This document shows, in pieces, positions 27,401 to 42,824 of a stretch of DNA of 64,000 nt. The stretch is taken from the NCBI GenBank assembly GCA_039096225.1, contig JBBPEB010000015.1:2294001-2358000 (forward strand), given 5' to 3'. This DNA is from Blastocystis sp. Blastoise. Taxonomy: Eukaryota; Protista; Bigyra: Opalinata. The stretch's first letter is position 1, and every line of letters starts with the position of its first letter. The position numbers were made by a program, and so were the translations under genes. A model generated the notes under the pieces. That model ran no database searches. It worked only from the letters and a program-made list of their open reading frames with translations, and had not been told where the DNA came from.

Positions 27401-30400
27401 TTATAGAAGATTTTAACGTACAGAACTGAATATATAAATCGATAAGTATATTTATATATTCAATTCCATCTTGACTATGGAGACATTTTTCTTGGAAATA
27501 ATCCTATATATATATATATAGAAATGAGAAATAAATATATAATGATTTATCTATACCATAAAAGAAAACACAGGTATATAAACAGTGATTCCCGCGGTTA
27601 ATTGAGATATATAGGCAGCCTCAAATGTTTCTGGAGTCAAATTTCCCATAATAGTTTCAATTTTTTCAGTTTCTGATTTTTTGTTCCATTCATCAAGGGT
27701 TATATTTATATATCCTTTTTCTTTATATCTATATAATATATAATATATAATATATAATATATAATATATAATATATAAAATAAATAAATACGTAAGTGTA
27801 TAAAGAAGTTCAGTGTCACGTGCAAAAGGAGCCAGTTTCTCAAAATCAGAGGAAGTACAACGTTCTTTAGCGATGTTGAATAGGGAGACACAATTCAATA
27901 AATAACCGCATTCATTATCGATTTCAATAGCACGTGACTGGAACCAAGACACAAATGTATCAATATTCATATGTTTCGCTATAAATAGTTTTTTATTAGA
28001 AATTCATATATGTATATTATTAGCTGTACAAGAAGGTTAATAATTATATATATAAGTATTGTTAATCATATAGAATATATACAGTATTAATAATAATAAT
28101 AATAATAATAATATGCATATAATAATAATTAATACTAAAAATAATATACGAGGTATAGTTTTAGTAGTAGTAAGAGCATATATAAATGGATCTGATTGAG
28201 AGGAGAATGTATGTATAAGAGAAGAGACACACTCAGGGAAATGATATACAGAGATCTATATATAATATATAATATATAATATACATTAAATTAAACGAAA
28301 TATATAGAATAAAAAACGTTAATATAATCTTTATATAAAAATAATAACTAAATATATGGATATATACTTGTTCTTGAAGATACTTAAGTATATATATATT
28401 TCCATAGTTGGATAGTGCAGTTTCGTTAATAAGATTAATAAGAGTAACTGCTCCTGCTTCTTTATACATATATATATCTTCATAACGACTCTTTATATCA
28501 GGTAATTGAGGGAATAAATATTCATATCTATATATATATATATTAAAAAAAGAATTAGGAATCCTATAAAAAATAAATATATATATATATACTCTTTAGG
28601 ATCATAGATTTCTGGAATACTATTTAATATTTCAAAACGATAGGGTAGAATCACGTGCTGACACATATGGAATAGTATTTTTAGGGAATTTAAGTTTCCT
28701 TTTTGGGCATATCTATAAAAATAGAATATATTAAATAGATAAGAAAAAGGAATAAGAATATATATATATGAACAATAATAGAATAATAATAATAAATAAA
28801 AACATACGATAAAGCAAGTTCTTTAATGTTTTTCTTTTCAATATCTATATATTCTTGAATATTAAATAAAAGCCCACGTTTCTCTTCACGACGTATTTGG
28901 CGGTATAAATCTAATTTCATTAATTTCATTTTAAATAGATATTTATAGATTAATAAAATTTCAATGGATCGATTTCCACGAATATGATCTACATTATTAA
29001 TTAATGTTCTTGTTACTTCTGTTTGTTCTCCATCAATTTCATCGATTATATTTTCTTGTTTTAAAAGATCACTACATATTTTTAAACCATATTTAATTAT
29101 AAATATATAAACATCTTCTGCTTGGCAATAACGGGTTAAACATTCTGTTATTATATATTGAGAATCTTTCACTTTCCCAAGGAAATCATCTATAGAAGAA
29201 CGAGGAAGAGAAGGAGTTGAAGACTCGGAAAATAACTGACACCAACGAGCTTTGTAACTATATATATAAATAAAATAAATGATAAATCAATGAATAATAA
29301 GAGTGTTTTCATGTCGTTATATAATAAAATAATAATATTTTAATATAACAAATAGAATAATATAATAAAATAATAATAAAATAAAATAATATAATAATAA
29401 AATAATAAAATAAAATAATAATAAAACAATAAAATAATAAAATAATAAAATAATAATATACATATCATCAAGATTGAGTTGATAGGTAGTAGCTAATGTA
29501 TAGGCAGGTTTATATTCTCCATTCTTAATATAATATGCATATAACTCTTCAGGAGTTACTTGATATATAGATGTTATACCATAATTACGCTCAATCTTAT
29601 TACGCATCAACTTACTATATATAATATAATCAATATATATAGAAACAAAAGAAAAACAATAAGTATTTATTTACTTAATAAAATATAAAAAAAAAAAAAA
29701 AAATCAAACAAAAAGACATGTAAAAAGAAAACATAAATTAATTTAAAAAAAAAAACAATAATATAAAACACAAATAATAATATCATACTCTTTCATCTTA
29801 AATATAGTTCTAGAACATTCTAGAGCATATTTCTTTTCTGTTTGATTTCCATAGATAATAGATCCTTTTTCAAGTCGAAGGGATGTTAATCCTTGTTTAT
29901 TTATATTATGAATAATATCATAAATAAAGAATAGACCATTATAAGTACAAACACATATATGACTATCATTCCACCATTGTACACTATAGATATCACTTGC
30001 TTTTATAGATACTGGAGGTACTGGAGAACCTGATTGTGTTTCAGGAGTAGGAGGAGTCATGGAAGGAGTAGGAGAATAGAAATCTTCTTGTTCTTTTGTG
30101 ATTATTTCCGTGGTAATTTGCTTATTAAGAAGAGTTCCATCTTTCATATTAAATATTTCTATCGATCCCTTAGTAGAGAGTAGTAAGAGGGATGTTGCTG
30201 AAGGAGAGAAAGAGAGAAAAGAACATGCATATTGAGTAGAGAGAGAAGTGAAGAGAGACGATATATAAGATTTGAAAAGAGAAAAAACTAAAAAGATAGA
30301 AATAAATATAATATAGATAACAATATAGATAATAATATATATAATATGTTAGATAATAATATAGTATATATAATATAAATAATAATATATTAGATATAAT

Positions 30401-32071
30401 TACAAATAAATGAATATAATATATATACAAGTATATTCTTGTTGTTTAATTGATTGTCCTTCATTATCTCTCGCAAAAATAAGTTTAGAATCGCGGTTAT
30501 CTTCAGTAATAGAATAGACAATAATACCTTCTTTATTGATAGGTAGAGAAGCAGGAGTAGTAGAAGTACTAACAGCAGTTGTATCTGGATAACATGAACC
30601 TGCAATACCCAAATAACCCTGGGAATATGCCATACGGTAGGGAGGTCTATTAAGAAAAAGAATATAAAATAGAATTAAATGAATAAATGATAAAAAAAAG
30701 AAGAATTCTATAGAATAATATACAATAAATAAGAATTGACATCCATAAAGTAAATAGCACCTTTATGATTATAAGGATTATGAATAGATAATTTGACGTC
30801 AATTAATTTTTCATTTTCATCATCCTATAGAAATAATAAATATATATAATACTATTTATGCAGACATATAGAAGTTATGATAATAAACATAAATAATAGA
30901 TATTATTGTAATATATATATATATATACATAGAGTATATCATAGAGAGTCGCTTTACCCTTTGAATTTAATATCATTAATGAATATAAATTATCTATATA
31001 TATTATTAAACAAATAAAATAACTGTATTTTTCTATTATAAATATTTTTAAAAAATTCATATATAATTATAAATAATGTATATATACCTTTATACGATGT
31101 AAAAGTCAATGTAGTTAATTGATCATATTCTTGATTCTGCCAAAAATGTTGATCTGATGTATATATGCATTTACCTTCATAGGTATATAACTATAAATAT
31201 ATAATAATAGTATATACTCTATTGATAACAATATAGTATTATTTTTATAAAATAAAATAATATAATCAAATTATAGAGAATATAGTATTATTTATATAAA
31301 ATAAAATAATTATATTAAAGAGAGTATAGTATTATTGAAATAAATAATATAATAGTATCACATTTATAGAATATAATATAGATTAAAAAAAGTTAGAATA
31401 TATTCTATACATGAAGTCCATTTTGTAGATCTAAGGTAGCGAATAGAATTGAATTACTTGACCATGAATAATATTGATAATGAGGAGATATACAGGGAAG
31501 AGGAAGAACTATATCTTCTTCAAAATGATCCGAATTCTATACAGTTTATATACATATATATATATATATTTTGAAGATATAAATAATTTGCAAAAAAATA
31601 TGTGTATATAAATAAAATAAATAATAAATAAAAAAAAAAAAATACGCTTAAAAAATGAATGTTATCTTTTGTTAAAATAACTAAAGATTCATAATCTGGA
31701 GCAATTGAAGGTCTCCAATCAGTTTGATAGCTTGTTTTCCCAGAGGGCAATACAGTTTTAGATCTCTAAAAAAAATAAATCAAATACAACTGTGAATTAT
31801 TCTGATTAGAAAAAATAGAATCATAATATATGAAAATATATGCATACTCCACCGAGATAACTCAGGATTCTTTGATACAAACTAAGTGGCTTTTCTTTAA
31901 ATTCATCAACGAAGAATTGGATGTTAGAATCGACTTCTTCTTTTTCAAATCCAGTTTCATCGGGTGTCCATTGTTTGTCTAGATTCTCTGATATAAATCT
32001 AAACAATTAAATTCATGAAACGAGAGAAGAAAAATGACATACAGTACTGAATCTTGTTCAACGGTTTCCAT
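20439..32071 (-). CDS. NBAS: NBAS/Sec39-like subunit of the NRZ/Dsl1 ER tethering complex (very large, dozens of exons)
   Basis: TPEELYAYYIKNGEYKPAYTLATTYQLNLDDIYKARW, YRFEILNSIPEIYDPKEY and WFQSRAIEIDNECG match conserved NBAS/Sec39 segments. N-terminal beta-propeller-like region. ATG 32071. Confidence 0.85.
23411..23560. repeat. Intronic 10-bp tandem repeat (TAAAATAGAA)13 plus 2 variant units
   Basis: Directly visible within an NBAS intron. Confidence 0.95.
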
Positions 32072-33017
32072 TGATTAATTTCTTGTTTCACAGAATAAGT
32101 GGTATAAATAATATATAGCAGTTATTATGAATAATATATCTTTTCTATCACAAAGTGAATTTGTAAGAAATTTGTCTTAGATTTCTTAGAATTATGATTT
32201 TTTTTTGTTTCTGAACTGAGGAATTACAGAGAATCGTGGAGTTTTATATGTAAAACGGAAGAAATAGTTTTTTCTTGTTATCGCTGAAGGAGATTGATAT
32301 TTTATGTATCTACTATATACTTATGATCATATACATTGTTTTCTGTCTTTTCTGAACAGCTAATCATTATTTTTTTCGTGAATTGAGTCAAAAATTGTTT
32401 TTAAAATAGTTTAAAATTAGATTTATTATAATTCTAGATCATGATATGTACTCTTCATATGTCTTATGATACGATCAACATAAAATAATTCTTTTCAAGA
32501 CTATTTTATTAGAAATCACCACCATTTCTGATTTATTATTCATAAATACATATATTTTATATAATATAATGCTATATAATAAATATATATAAAACTTTAT
32601 TCCATTTTGAAGCTTTAGGTGAATGAGAACTGTTTTAAAATAAATTTTAAAAATTATATTAAGTTTCAAAAGTATTGGATACATTTAAAAAAATAATTTT
32701 TGAATAAAATATTAGATATATAAACAAATAAAAGTATATTAACTTGACAATATCGAGTATTTTAGCGTCCATCAATGATCACACTATATTCTATTTTAAA
32801 ACATTATGAATATAAAAGTTTATCAAATATATCCTTGTTGTTAAAAGCAAAATAAAAGAAATGGGAATCTTGAAGATTGTTTTCTAAATTGTTCGAGAAA
32901 ATGATGGAAATTCATGGGAATGATCACAAATCACTAAAGTGTATGAATCTCTTGATAACGCTATTGTTCTACTGTATATACTATAAAATATGATATATAA
33001 AGATATAGTGAGACGTT

Positions 33018-35496
33018 ATGAGTGAAGAAGTGACAAATATCGTACGACAATTTGAGACAGCTTGCCAACAGTTAGTGAGTCCGACTCTGTCAATATCAGA
33101 AAGACAGAATATAGGTATGTTAGAATAAAAAAATATATTAATTATTAGAGAGTTCATTAATTTCTTTCCAAAACAATCCTCAATCATGGAGATTATGTTT
33201 GCAAATGATGTCCTTAACGTATGTTATACTACAATGAATTGATATATATTTATATTTGTATTATTTAGAACTAATACAACTGTGCTATTTTATATTCAAG
33301 GTACTTATGAAGTATTATTAAAGAAATATTGGAATGTATATAAATAGAATGAATTATTATTTATTATTATTATTATTATATATATAGACTCTTTCTTCTG
33401 AAGATAAAGTTTCTATTCGATCATTTGAAATACAACACTATTATGATCATTTTAATAAATATCCCGAAAATTTATCTAATAAAATCGCTAAAGTATGCTT
33501 ATTATTATGTGTAGTTATTATTATATTTATTATATATATTAATATTATTATAGATTATTGCTTGGATAGGTGAATATGAATGGCCACAAGATTTCCCTGA
33601 TTTCCTTCAAATAATTGCTCAAGGACTTCAAGTATATATATGGTTGTTTATTACACTATTGTCTATTATTACCTGATTCTATCTTATTATGATTATATAT
33701 ATATGGTTGTTTATTATATTATTGTCTATTATTACCTGATTCTATCTTATTGTGATTATATATAGAATGAAACTAGTTTAGACGCTTCAATACTTTTATT
33801 AAATATAATAACTGAAGAGATTTATAATGATTCTATTAAACAACCTATATTAACTTATAGAAAGAAAGAATTAAAACGATGTTTTAGGTATACAAAATAT
33901 ATAGAATAATGTATATAGTAATACATATATATAGAGTTGAACTTCAGAATATAATAAAACAATTAAATGATATTATTATACATACTTCAGAACAAAATAA
34001 TAATAATAATGGATTATCTGTATATATATAATTATATATAGTTATATATATAGAATACTCGATGGATGTATTGCTTACATATATTATTAACAATATTACA
34101 GAATAATAAGATAGAAGAGACACTCTCTACAGATCTTATTAATATACTTCTTCTCTCTTTATATAAATACCAAACTCAAGAATCGTATATAGATATTATA
34201 GAAGTATAATTAATGAATATATATATATATATAGAATTGAAGCTATTAAATGTATTAGTGAAATATTATCGAAACGTTTAATTCCATTAAATTCCCGTGT
34301 TTTTATCTTTAAATTAATTCAGAGTATTTCTCAGTTACTTCAAGTATATATATAATGAATATATATATAATGAATATATATATGAATATATATATATATA
34401 GTGTTTATTAGGAATTGATATGAATACGGTGAATCCACTATATATTATTCACGTGAATCGTTTACTTTTAACGGTTATGAGTAACGGACTAGTTATTCTT
34501 CTTAAAAACAAAGAATTTAAATTACTTGAATTTCTTCAATTATTGTATATATTTATACTATTTTTATAACATATAATGTTTATATATATATATTTGTTAA
34601 ATATATATATATATAGTATGTCTTATACGTATCGTCAGTTATCTCCGTCTTGCTTTCTCCTCTGTCTACAAACATGGACCTCGATTTATGATACTCTATT
34701 TATGAGAGAAACCATACGTATATATATATTTAGTAAATTCTTTTATTATTATAAATTTAACAATATTTAAATATTTATAATATTCTTTTATTATTATCAA
34801 TTTAACAATATTTAAAATATATATAATATTCTTTTATTATTATCAATTTAACAATATTTAAAATATATATAATATTCTTTTATGATTATAAATTTAATTA
34901 AAATATATATATAGAAGAAACAAGTGAATATATTCCATTATTTATTACTTTACGAGATCGACTTGTTCAATCATGTCTTTCTACTGGATCCCCGTGGTTA
35001 TTTGATGTAGATTCTTATGATGAAGATGAAGAAGAAGATGACGAAGGAGAAGAAGAAAAGAAAACACAAACAACTGATATAATCACGGGAGAAATCGAAG
35101 AACAAGAATCTAATGTATGTAATATTTTTTTATAATATCTTTATTTTATTTTGTCAATTTTATAATATATTAATAATTAATTAATTTATAATATATTTAT
35201 AATTATTTATTTATAATATATTTATTTATAATATATATAAAATATAGCATATATATATATATATATATATATAGTATGAGCCTCCTTCTTTGCCATTCAT
35301 AAAATTCAATCGATTTCTTATAAAACTATTAAGTTCATTAACACCTTTGGATCCTCAATATCCCATACATATCTCCTCCCTGACCTCTTCTATTCTATCT
35401 ATATCTATATCTATATATAAAGATATACAAACTAATAATGGTATTTGTAATACACCACAATTTATCAACTCTATTAAAGATTTCATATTTCTACTC

Positions 35497-35527
<31 letters not shown>

Positions 35528-37435
35528 CAATGTTAGTATTATCTTTATTATATTCTATTTAATTGTATTATAACATATATATATATAGTATTTAACTAAT
35601 GTTGAACATTTATTACCTTCTTCTTCTTCTGTAATTCAAGTCTTTGAAGCTATTTCCAATGTTGTCAAGTATATTTTTATTTTATATAAATATATATTAT
35701 ATTATATGTTGTATTCTATATTATGATCATAGTTTATTTAATATAAATATATATTATATTATATGTTGTATTCTATATTATGATCATAGTTTATTTGATA
35801 TATATGTATATATATATATTATATATAGTATATCTATATCCTGTTTCCTACATACTTTTGGTACACTGTATCTTAACCTTATCACTTCCTCTCTTACATT
35901 TTTTCAAAGGTATATATTTTTAGATTCGTTTTCTTTTATTATTATTAGATATATATTCATTTTATTTCTATATATATATATAGCCTTCTTCGATGGGTTC
36001 TCTGTAATCAGACAACTCTCCCTAATGAAACAAAACCTATGATTCCCGCGGTTATATCCATGGTAATGAGTATTATTCAGAATACTATTACACCATTCCC
36101 GATATCTGTTTATTATAAATGCACGTGCCTCTTGAGGGGCATCCCCGAACGGCTTCATTATGAGAATCTATGGGATATACAAGGTATATATAATAGTGTT
36201 AATTATATTTTAAATGAAATTCTATTAATAATTTTGTTTTTAAAATCTTAAATATATATAACTTTTATTCTTTATGAAATATATATATAGATACATTACC
36301 CTTATATACATCATTTCTTCCTTCTACTTCCTCTCTTCCTCTATATATCCAAGAAGGCCTCTTTCTCTTCATACTCAAATCTCTCTCTTATCCTCCACAA
36401 CTAGACGAAAAACGACTTGTATAGATATATATGTGTTTATTATATTTATTATTATATTATATTTATTATTATTATTATTATCATTATATTATATGTATTA
36501 TTATATTTATTATTATATTTATTATTATAAAAATACATAGTCGATATTGACTGTTTTTCTGACTCCATTTGTTGACACTGTAATAACTACGGATAACTCT
36601 ATTAAATCTATGAATATAAACATATATTCAAGATGCCTTTATTTATTATCACATGCTCTTAAGGCTATTCGATTGGAAAGTAAGTCAGTGCGTCAATTCT
36701 ATCATAATATTATTCTTCAAATTTATTCGAATACACTTACTATGGTTAAGAATATTACTTCAGCATTTTATATGGGTCCTTCCCCGCGGTTATCTTTCAC
36801 TTCGTTACGTATTATTATGAACTCCCTTTTAATCTTTACGGACTGGATTCTCAATACACCTTCTGAGAATAATCGCGGTTATAATGTATATTTAATGGAA
36901 CTATTATCATTATTACCCAATATGGTCATTAGTCCTGATGTAAAATTAAGAGGTATATTTACTATTATATATATATATATATTATATATATTATATATAT
37001 TATATATATTATATATTATAGATGAGTTATTTATCGTGAAATATCTTCATTTATTGAGTTTATTCGTATCATCTCCTGTAATTACCCTTGAAGAAGTCAT
37101 GGAATGCATGTATATACTTTATACTCTCAATCCCGCCATTTCTCAACGCGGTAATATCACTATTCTCAACGAATATATACAAACAAATGGAAATGTATAT
37201 TTATTTTTTATATAAATTCAATAGTATATCATAATTATTTATAGTAATATAAATTCAATATTATATTATTATTTTATATATATAGTTCTTAAAGAATATC
37301 TTCCCTAAAGATTTCTCCACTATAACTATTTATAAGGATATACCTATTAATATATATCTTGAAAAGTTATTAGAAACTATATATATACCTATTACTTATC
37401 CTACCATTCCTCCAGATACATGCAAAATCATCCTT

Positions 37436-37472
<37 letters not shown>

Positions 37473-38000
37473 ATTATTATTATAAGTATATTAATAATAT
37501 AATAATTACTATAATTATATTGATATCGATTATTATAAGTATTTCTACAAACTAATTTATATATTTATTTTTTTTACTTTCTTTATATATATCTATAATT
37601 ATCTCTAGCTCTTCTCACATCTTTATGTATGCCATCATTCTATAAGAATTCGATATATAAACTATCACGAAATGCTATCACTTCTATTCTATTACCTGTA
37701 TATTATATATATATATTTATATATTTACCCTATATATATATATAGGATATATTACTTGGTAATCATGCTATTCTTCAAGATGATATTATACTAACAATAT
37801 ATCGACTTTTTGGTGAAGATTTAAATTCTTTTTATACTCCTTTACTTTCAGACTTTATCAGCTCTATTCAGCAGATTAATGATCAATCTAAACAATTATT
37901 ATTCTCTACTATCATACCTGTTAAAGATCCCCCTTCGTTTACAACACAAATATCCAATCTTATTAATGATCTTTATATTCTAAAAGAACAATCGAATTAA
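33018..38000 (+). CDS. XPO6: Exportin-6-like importin-beta family protein
   Basis: N-terminal SWRLCLQMM...KKYWNTLSSEDKVSIR...NKIAKIIAWIGEYEWPQDFPDF and C-terminal HAILQDDIILTIYRL...KDPPSFTTQISNLINDL parallel the XPO6 ends. ATG 33018, TAA 37998-38000. Confidence 0.82.
33633..33765. repeat. Intronic tandem duplication, about 63-bp unit x2
   Basis: tggttgtttatta...acctgattctatcttatt starts at 33641 and again at 33704. Confidence 0.9.
35686..35800. repeat. Intronic tandem duplication, 57-bp unit x2
   Basis: atgatcatagtttattt at 35723 and 35780. Confidence 0.9.
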
Positions 38001-38994
38001 TCATTTTTTTCTATAAAGTAATTTTTTTATAATTATAGTTGTTTATATTCATCTAGATTTTTATTTTTAAAATATATTATGAGTATATATATATATATAA
38101 ACAGTTTTATTTTGTTTTAAGAATTTCTTCTTTCTTTCTATTTTTATTTTTTTTTTTATTTAATCGATTCTTGTAAATATATATGGGCTTACATGTATTG
38201 TTTTTATCAATATTTTGTTTTTTCTATAACTCGTTTTGCTAAATCTTTTCACTCTTTATTCTTCTTATCTTATTCTTTTTCTTAAATATATATAATCAAT
38301 TACTTGTTCTTCAGTAATAAGAATTTTTTTTTTGATTAATTCTATTATGGTAAGAATGTTTTTTGTTTTCATAATGATTATTTTTAAGCAACAAGCTAAT
38401 AATTTGTGAATTTTATCTATAAATCTGAAAAATCATTTGTATTCTACTTTTAATGAATTGACTATTGATGAGATATTGAAAACGAAAGCCATAAAGTTTT
38501 CATCTAACAAATATCTGAAAATAAAAAAGACATAAAAATTTAAGACTGTTGTTTTCAGTAATTCCATTATATAATATCAGATAATAAGTTTGTGCTATTA
38601 GTTTAAGCAAAAAATCGTTAATCAAAAGCTCACAAATACACAAGTAATATATAATCTCGAAGAATTCTCCTTTTTTACAATTTGTCTGTTTTGTTATATG
38701 TCGAGTAACTCTGAATGATATCAGCAGTCATCATAGATTCATCATATTGACTTCATAAAAGGAAGAAGAAGAAACAAGTTTCAGATAATTTCAACATAAT
38801 CCAAAACATTATTTTTTATTGAATCACGATTATTCATTAATACATAGTCATAATTACAAAATAATTGATGTTTTTATAAAAGCTGGAAGTATCGATGGAT
38901 TCCCTCATTTGATCTTTAGAAAGTCTGAAAATGTTTGAAAGTTCATCTAATAAAAAAATATTTATTTAATTTTTATTTGTTAGATATATATACA

Positions 38995-40133
38995 ATGAAG
39001 GCTTTGTATGTGACTAAAATGATAATAAATTAATACCAATTATAGTTTTGCTTTATTCCTTTGCTTTGTAGTCTTATGTGCTGCTGAATCTAGTATATAT
39101 TCTAGATTTCTAATTTATATATATTATTTTGTTATTATTTAGAAGTAGTTGTACTTACTGATATTAACTTTGAAGATAATACTCAAGCTTCTACTGGTTC
39201 TACTACAGGTAATTGGTTTGTCAAATTCTTTGCTCCTGTATATATATTGTTTTTTATTCTCTTTTTTTTTTTTGTTATATACAATTATTATTATTATATA
39301 TATCTTATTTATAGTGGTGTGGTCATTGTAAGAGACTTGCTCCTGTTTGGGAAGATCTTGCTTCTGATCTTTATGGTCAAGTTAATATTGCTGAAGTTGA
39401 TGCTACTGTTAATAGTGGTTTAGCTGAACGTTTCCAAATTCAAAGTTATCCTACTTTACTTTTCTTTTATGATGGTAAATATGTTGAATATAATGGTTCT
39501 CGTGATATTAATTCCTTAAGAAACTTTGCTACTGGAGGTTATTTAGATATATATATATATATATAACAATTATATTAATAATATGAATACTAATAAATAA
39601 TAATATGACTATATTTATTACCTTTCTATATATATATAGTTATTTAGAAGGTGATGTTAAGGAAGTACCTAGAGTTCCTAGTGCTATAGTTGTTGCCCTT
39701 GAAGTATATAATTTATATATATATATAATAATAGTTATTCTATATACTGTAAATGTGTATAAAACTTTGGTCAAAAGGTGAACACTTGGTTATATCAAAA
39801 TCCTATAGCTACTACTCTTATTATTATGGGTGTTGGCTGTTTATTTGGCGTTGCTATCACTATCCTTTTCTATCAAGTCATGGGCACCAAGGAATATTAT
39901 GTATATATATATTTTATTTTATTTTATTATATTATATTTATTATTTTATATTATTATAATTATTATTTAATTCTATTTATTATATTTATATTATTATAAT
40001 TATTTTATGATTACTCTTATTATTATTCATAATAATATAATAAATTTTATTATGAATCTTAATATAGTCTGAAGAAGAAGAAGAAGAAGAAGAAACTGCT
40101 ATTGTTGATGAAAATAAAGAAAAAGCTGAATAA
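38995..40133 (+). CDS. Single-thioredoxin-domain, signal peptide + C-terminal TM protein disulfide isomerase (TMX-like)
   Basis: Signal peptide, TQASTGSTTGNWFVKFFAP|WCGHCKRLAPVW, a TM helix, and an acidic tail ending KEKAE (di-lysine-like). Confidence 0.9.
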
Positions 40134-40380
40134 ATTATTTAGTTATTTTGTATTTCAACTATATACTAAAATATTTTGTTTTGTCTTTTTTTTATAATGT
40201 AAAAAAATATATTTTAACTTTTTATAATGTAAAAAAATATATTTTAGCTTTTTATAATATAAAAAAAAGTGTTAACAATACATGTGAAATAAGACATTTG
40301 AGGATAACATTAAAAGAACCGCAATATATATAAATTTTTTATTAGAGAATAAATAATTAAGTGACACATAAACTAACGAA

Positions 40381-41951
40381 CTATAAGTGTTTTTCTATCC
40401 ATTTTTCTATGTTGTTTAACAGATCATCTGCTACTTCATCAAAGAGCATTTCATGATACATATTAGGATATAATTTCATTGTTTTATCACTACTACCTGC
40501 TTTCTCATAAAATTCTCTAAGATATAAATAGATATAATACATAAAAATATATTTGATATAAAGATTTTTTTATAATAATAATAATTATATATATATGTAT
40601 ACTTAACTCCTTGAGGATTACATATATGGTCTTCTTCTCCAATAGTAATAAAGAATGGATAAGTATATGAATCGAGATGAGATTGAATCTCTTCAGTCAT
40701 CAGCATCAATTGATATCCTGTAGAACAACGAACACCTCCTAGATATAGTGTTATGATATATTCATGTTGTTTAAATAATAATAATTATTATTATATCATT
40801 ATTTTTGTTTTATGTTTATTATAATTATTATTATCATTATAATATTTATATAATTATGACTATAATAACAATTTTTATAATTATAATATGTATTTATTTA
40901 AAATAATAATCATTATAATCATAAATAAACCAAAAATAATTGGCTATCTAATAATCATTCCAATCAATATATAGTATACATCTATATAATATTTCAAATA
41001 TATACCATGATAAATAAGTGGATCAAGAGAATATGCTTCAGTATTTGTTTTATTATGTGAAAGAGCTTGTATGTCGAGATCTACTAACGGGATACGAGGA
41101 CATATTTTCACTAAGAAGGAAGCTAATGGTTTTAACGATAAATCTTTTTCAAATAACATAGCACCTATTAATAATTTATATATAAGTTATTCTTATAAAT
41201 AATTATGAAAATAAGACGAGAAATATTTATCAATAATTTCATAATCATTATAATAGTAATATAGAGTAATATATTTAAAAAAATAAATAATCTATTATGT
41301 ATAGAAAGGAATAAAAAAAATATATATATATATATACATGGAGATAAAATAATAACTCCTTGAATAATATCTTTAACACGTTCAGATATTAATATACATA
41401 AACCACCTCCTAAAGAATGGCCCTATACATACATATGAAATAAATGATCATAAATAGATTAATATCTATAGAAATCTATAGAAATATTTAAAAAAACTAA
41501 CAACATCAATAGAATATGAAGAAATACCATTGTAAATACAGGAATATTTGGATATTCTTGAACTTTTTGTTTAATAAATAACACTTGATCATTAACAAGT
41601 GCATTATAATCACGAACATAACATCGAATACCATCACTTAATCCATGACCTCTATGCTCCATACCAAAAACAAGGTATCCATGAGCAGAAAGTTGTTGAA
41701 AATGTTTTTCATATCTTCCTATATACTCACCAACTCCATGAAAGAAAAATATAATTGCTTTGGGAGTGTTAATCGGAGACCAGGTACGATAATAATTCCA
41801 CATTCCATCTGTATTTACAATAAAATTGTTGGATTTAATAGAGTCTAAAGGCTCAACTCTCTTTTCTATATAGAATGGTTTTGTATAAAAGTTAGTTTTA
41901 ATAAATACTTTCATAATCACTCTTTTTAAAATACCAGAATAACGAAGGCAT
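40381..41951 (-). CDS. Monoglyceride lipase / lysophospholipase (alpha/beta hydrolase, Hydrolase_4)
   Basis: FHGVGEYIGRY, HRGHGLSDG, GHSLGG nucleophile elbow, GEED acid and YHEM catalytic His. Confidence 0.92.
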
Positions 41952-42824
41952 AACTAATTAAAGTATAATGATGAATTTATATATATGTATACTTGACTAG
42001 TAATATCAATACAAAACTCTTTAATAAACAAAATAATATTTAAATTGGATCAACTAAATACAATTACGTCGTAAGATTGTCCTATTTGCGTTTTTCGACA
42101 AAATACAATTACGAATTCTAAAAGAACTCTTTATAAAATCAAAAAATGAAACAACATAATCGTGATTGTTTTCGGTTTTATACGAAAAATGTTGAGATAA
42201 TCATGAAAAGTATACTTTTGTCTTTTAGAATTCTTTTTCTCTCTTCAAACTGTCTATAAGAAATGATTTTTTTTTCTGTATTTATTGTTATCATAAACTG
42301 CGTATCATTGGTTTTGTATATCACATAATAAACTATACATCATGAAGAATAGATCATTATGAATTAAATTAAATTTATAAGAATATAATAAATGATGTGA
42401 ATTAGCTAGTTTTTTCTTTGTTGAATAAAACTGATGATTTAATAAAACTTGTTTTATTGAATGAAAATATGTTTTTTATTATATATTTAAAAATGCACAC
42501 GAAAAAAAAGAAACCTACGTTTATTCGTGTTGATATGTTATTTATTGAGATATCTTGAATATATATATATATAAATATACTATGGTAATTTATAAATGCA
42601 CACGAAAAAAAGCAGCCAAGCAATAAATGAAGGAAAAATTTAACAATTTAAAAAATATATTTAAAAAACAAGAAATAATGATTTGAGAAATAAATCCTAC
42701 TAGAATTATAAAGCCCCTAAAAAAGAAAAGAATAAATATTATATATGAAAAACAAAAAAAAATAAAACAATAATAAATAATATAAAATAAAAATAATGGT
42801 GTCCATTAAGTCTGTTTGTTATTT

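Noticed and set aside
42491-42611. 18-bp direct repeat aaatgcacacgaaaaaaa x2 as a possible element boundary or target-site duplication
   Set aside because: The intervening sequence has no terminal inverted repeats or coding signal. A local duplication is sufficient.
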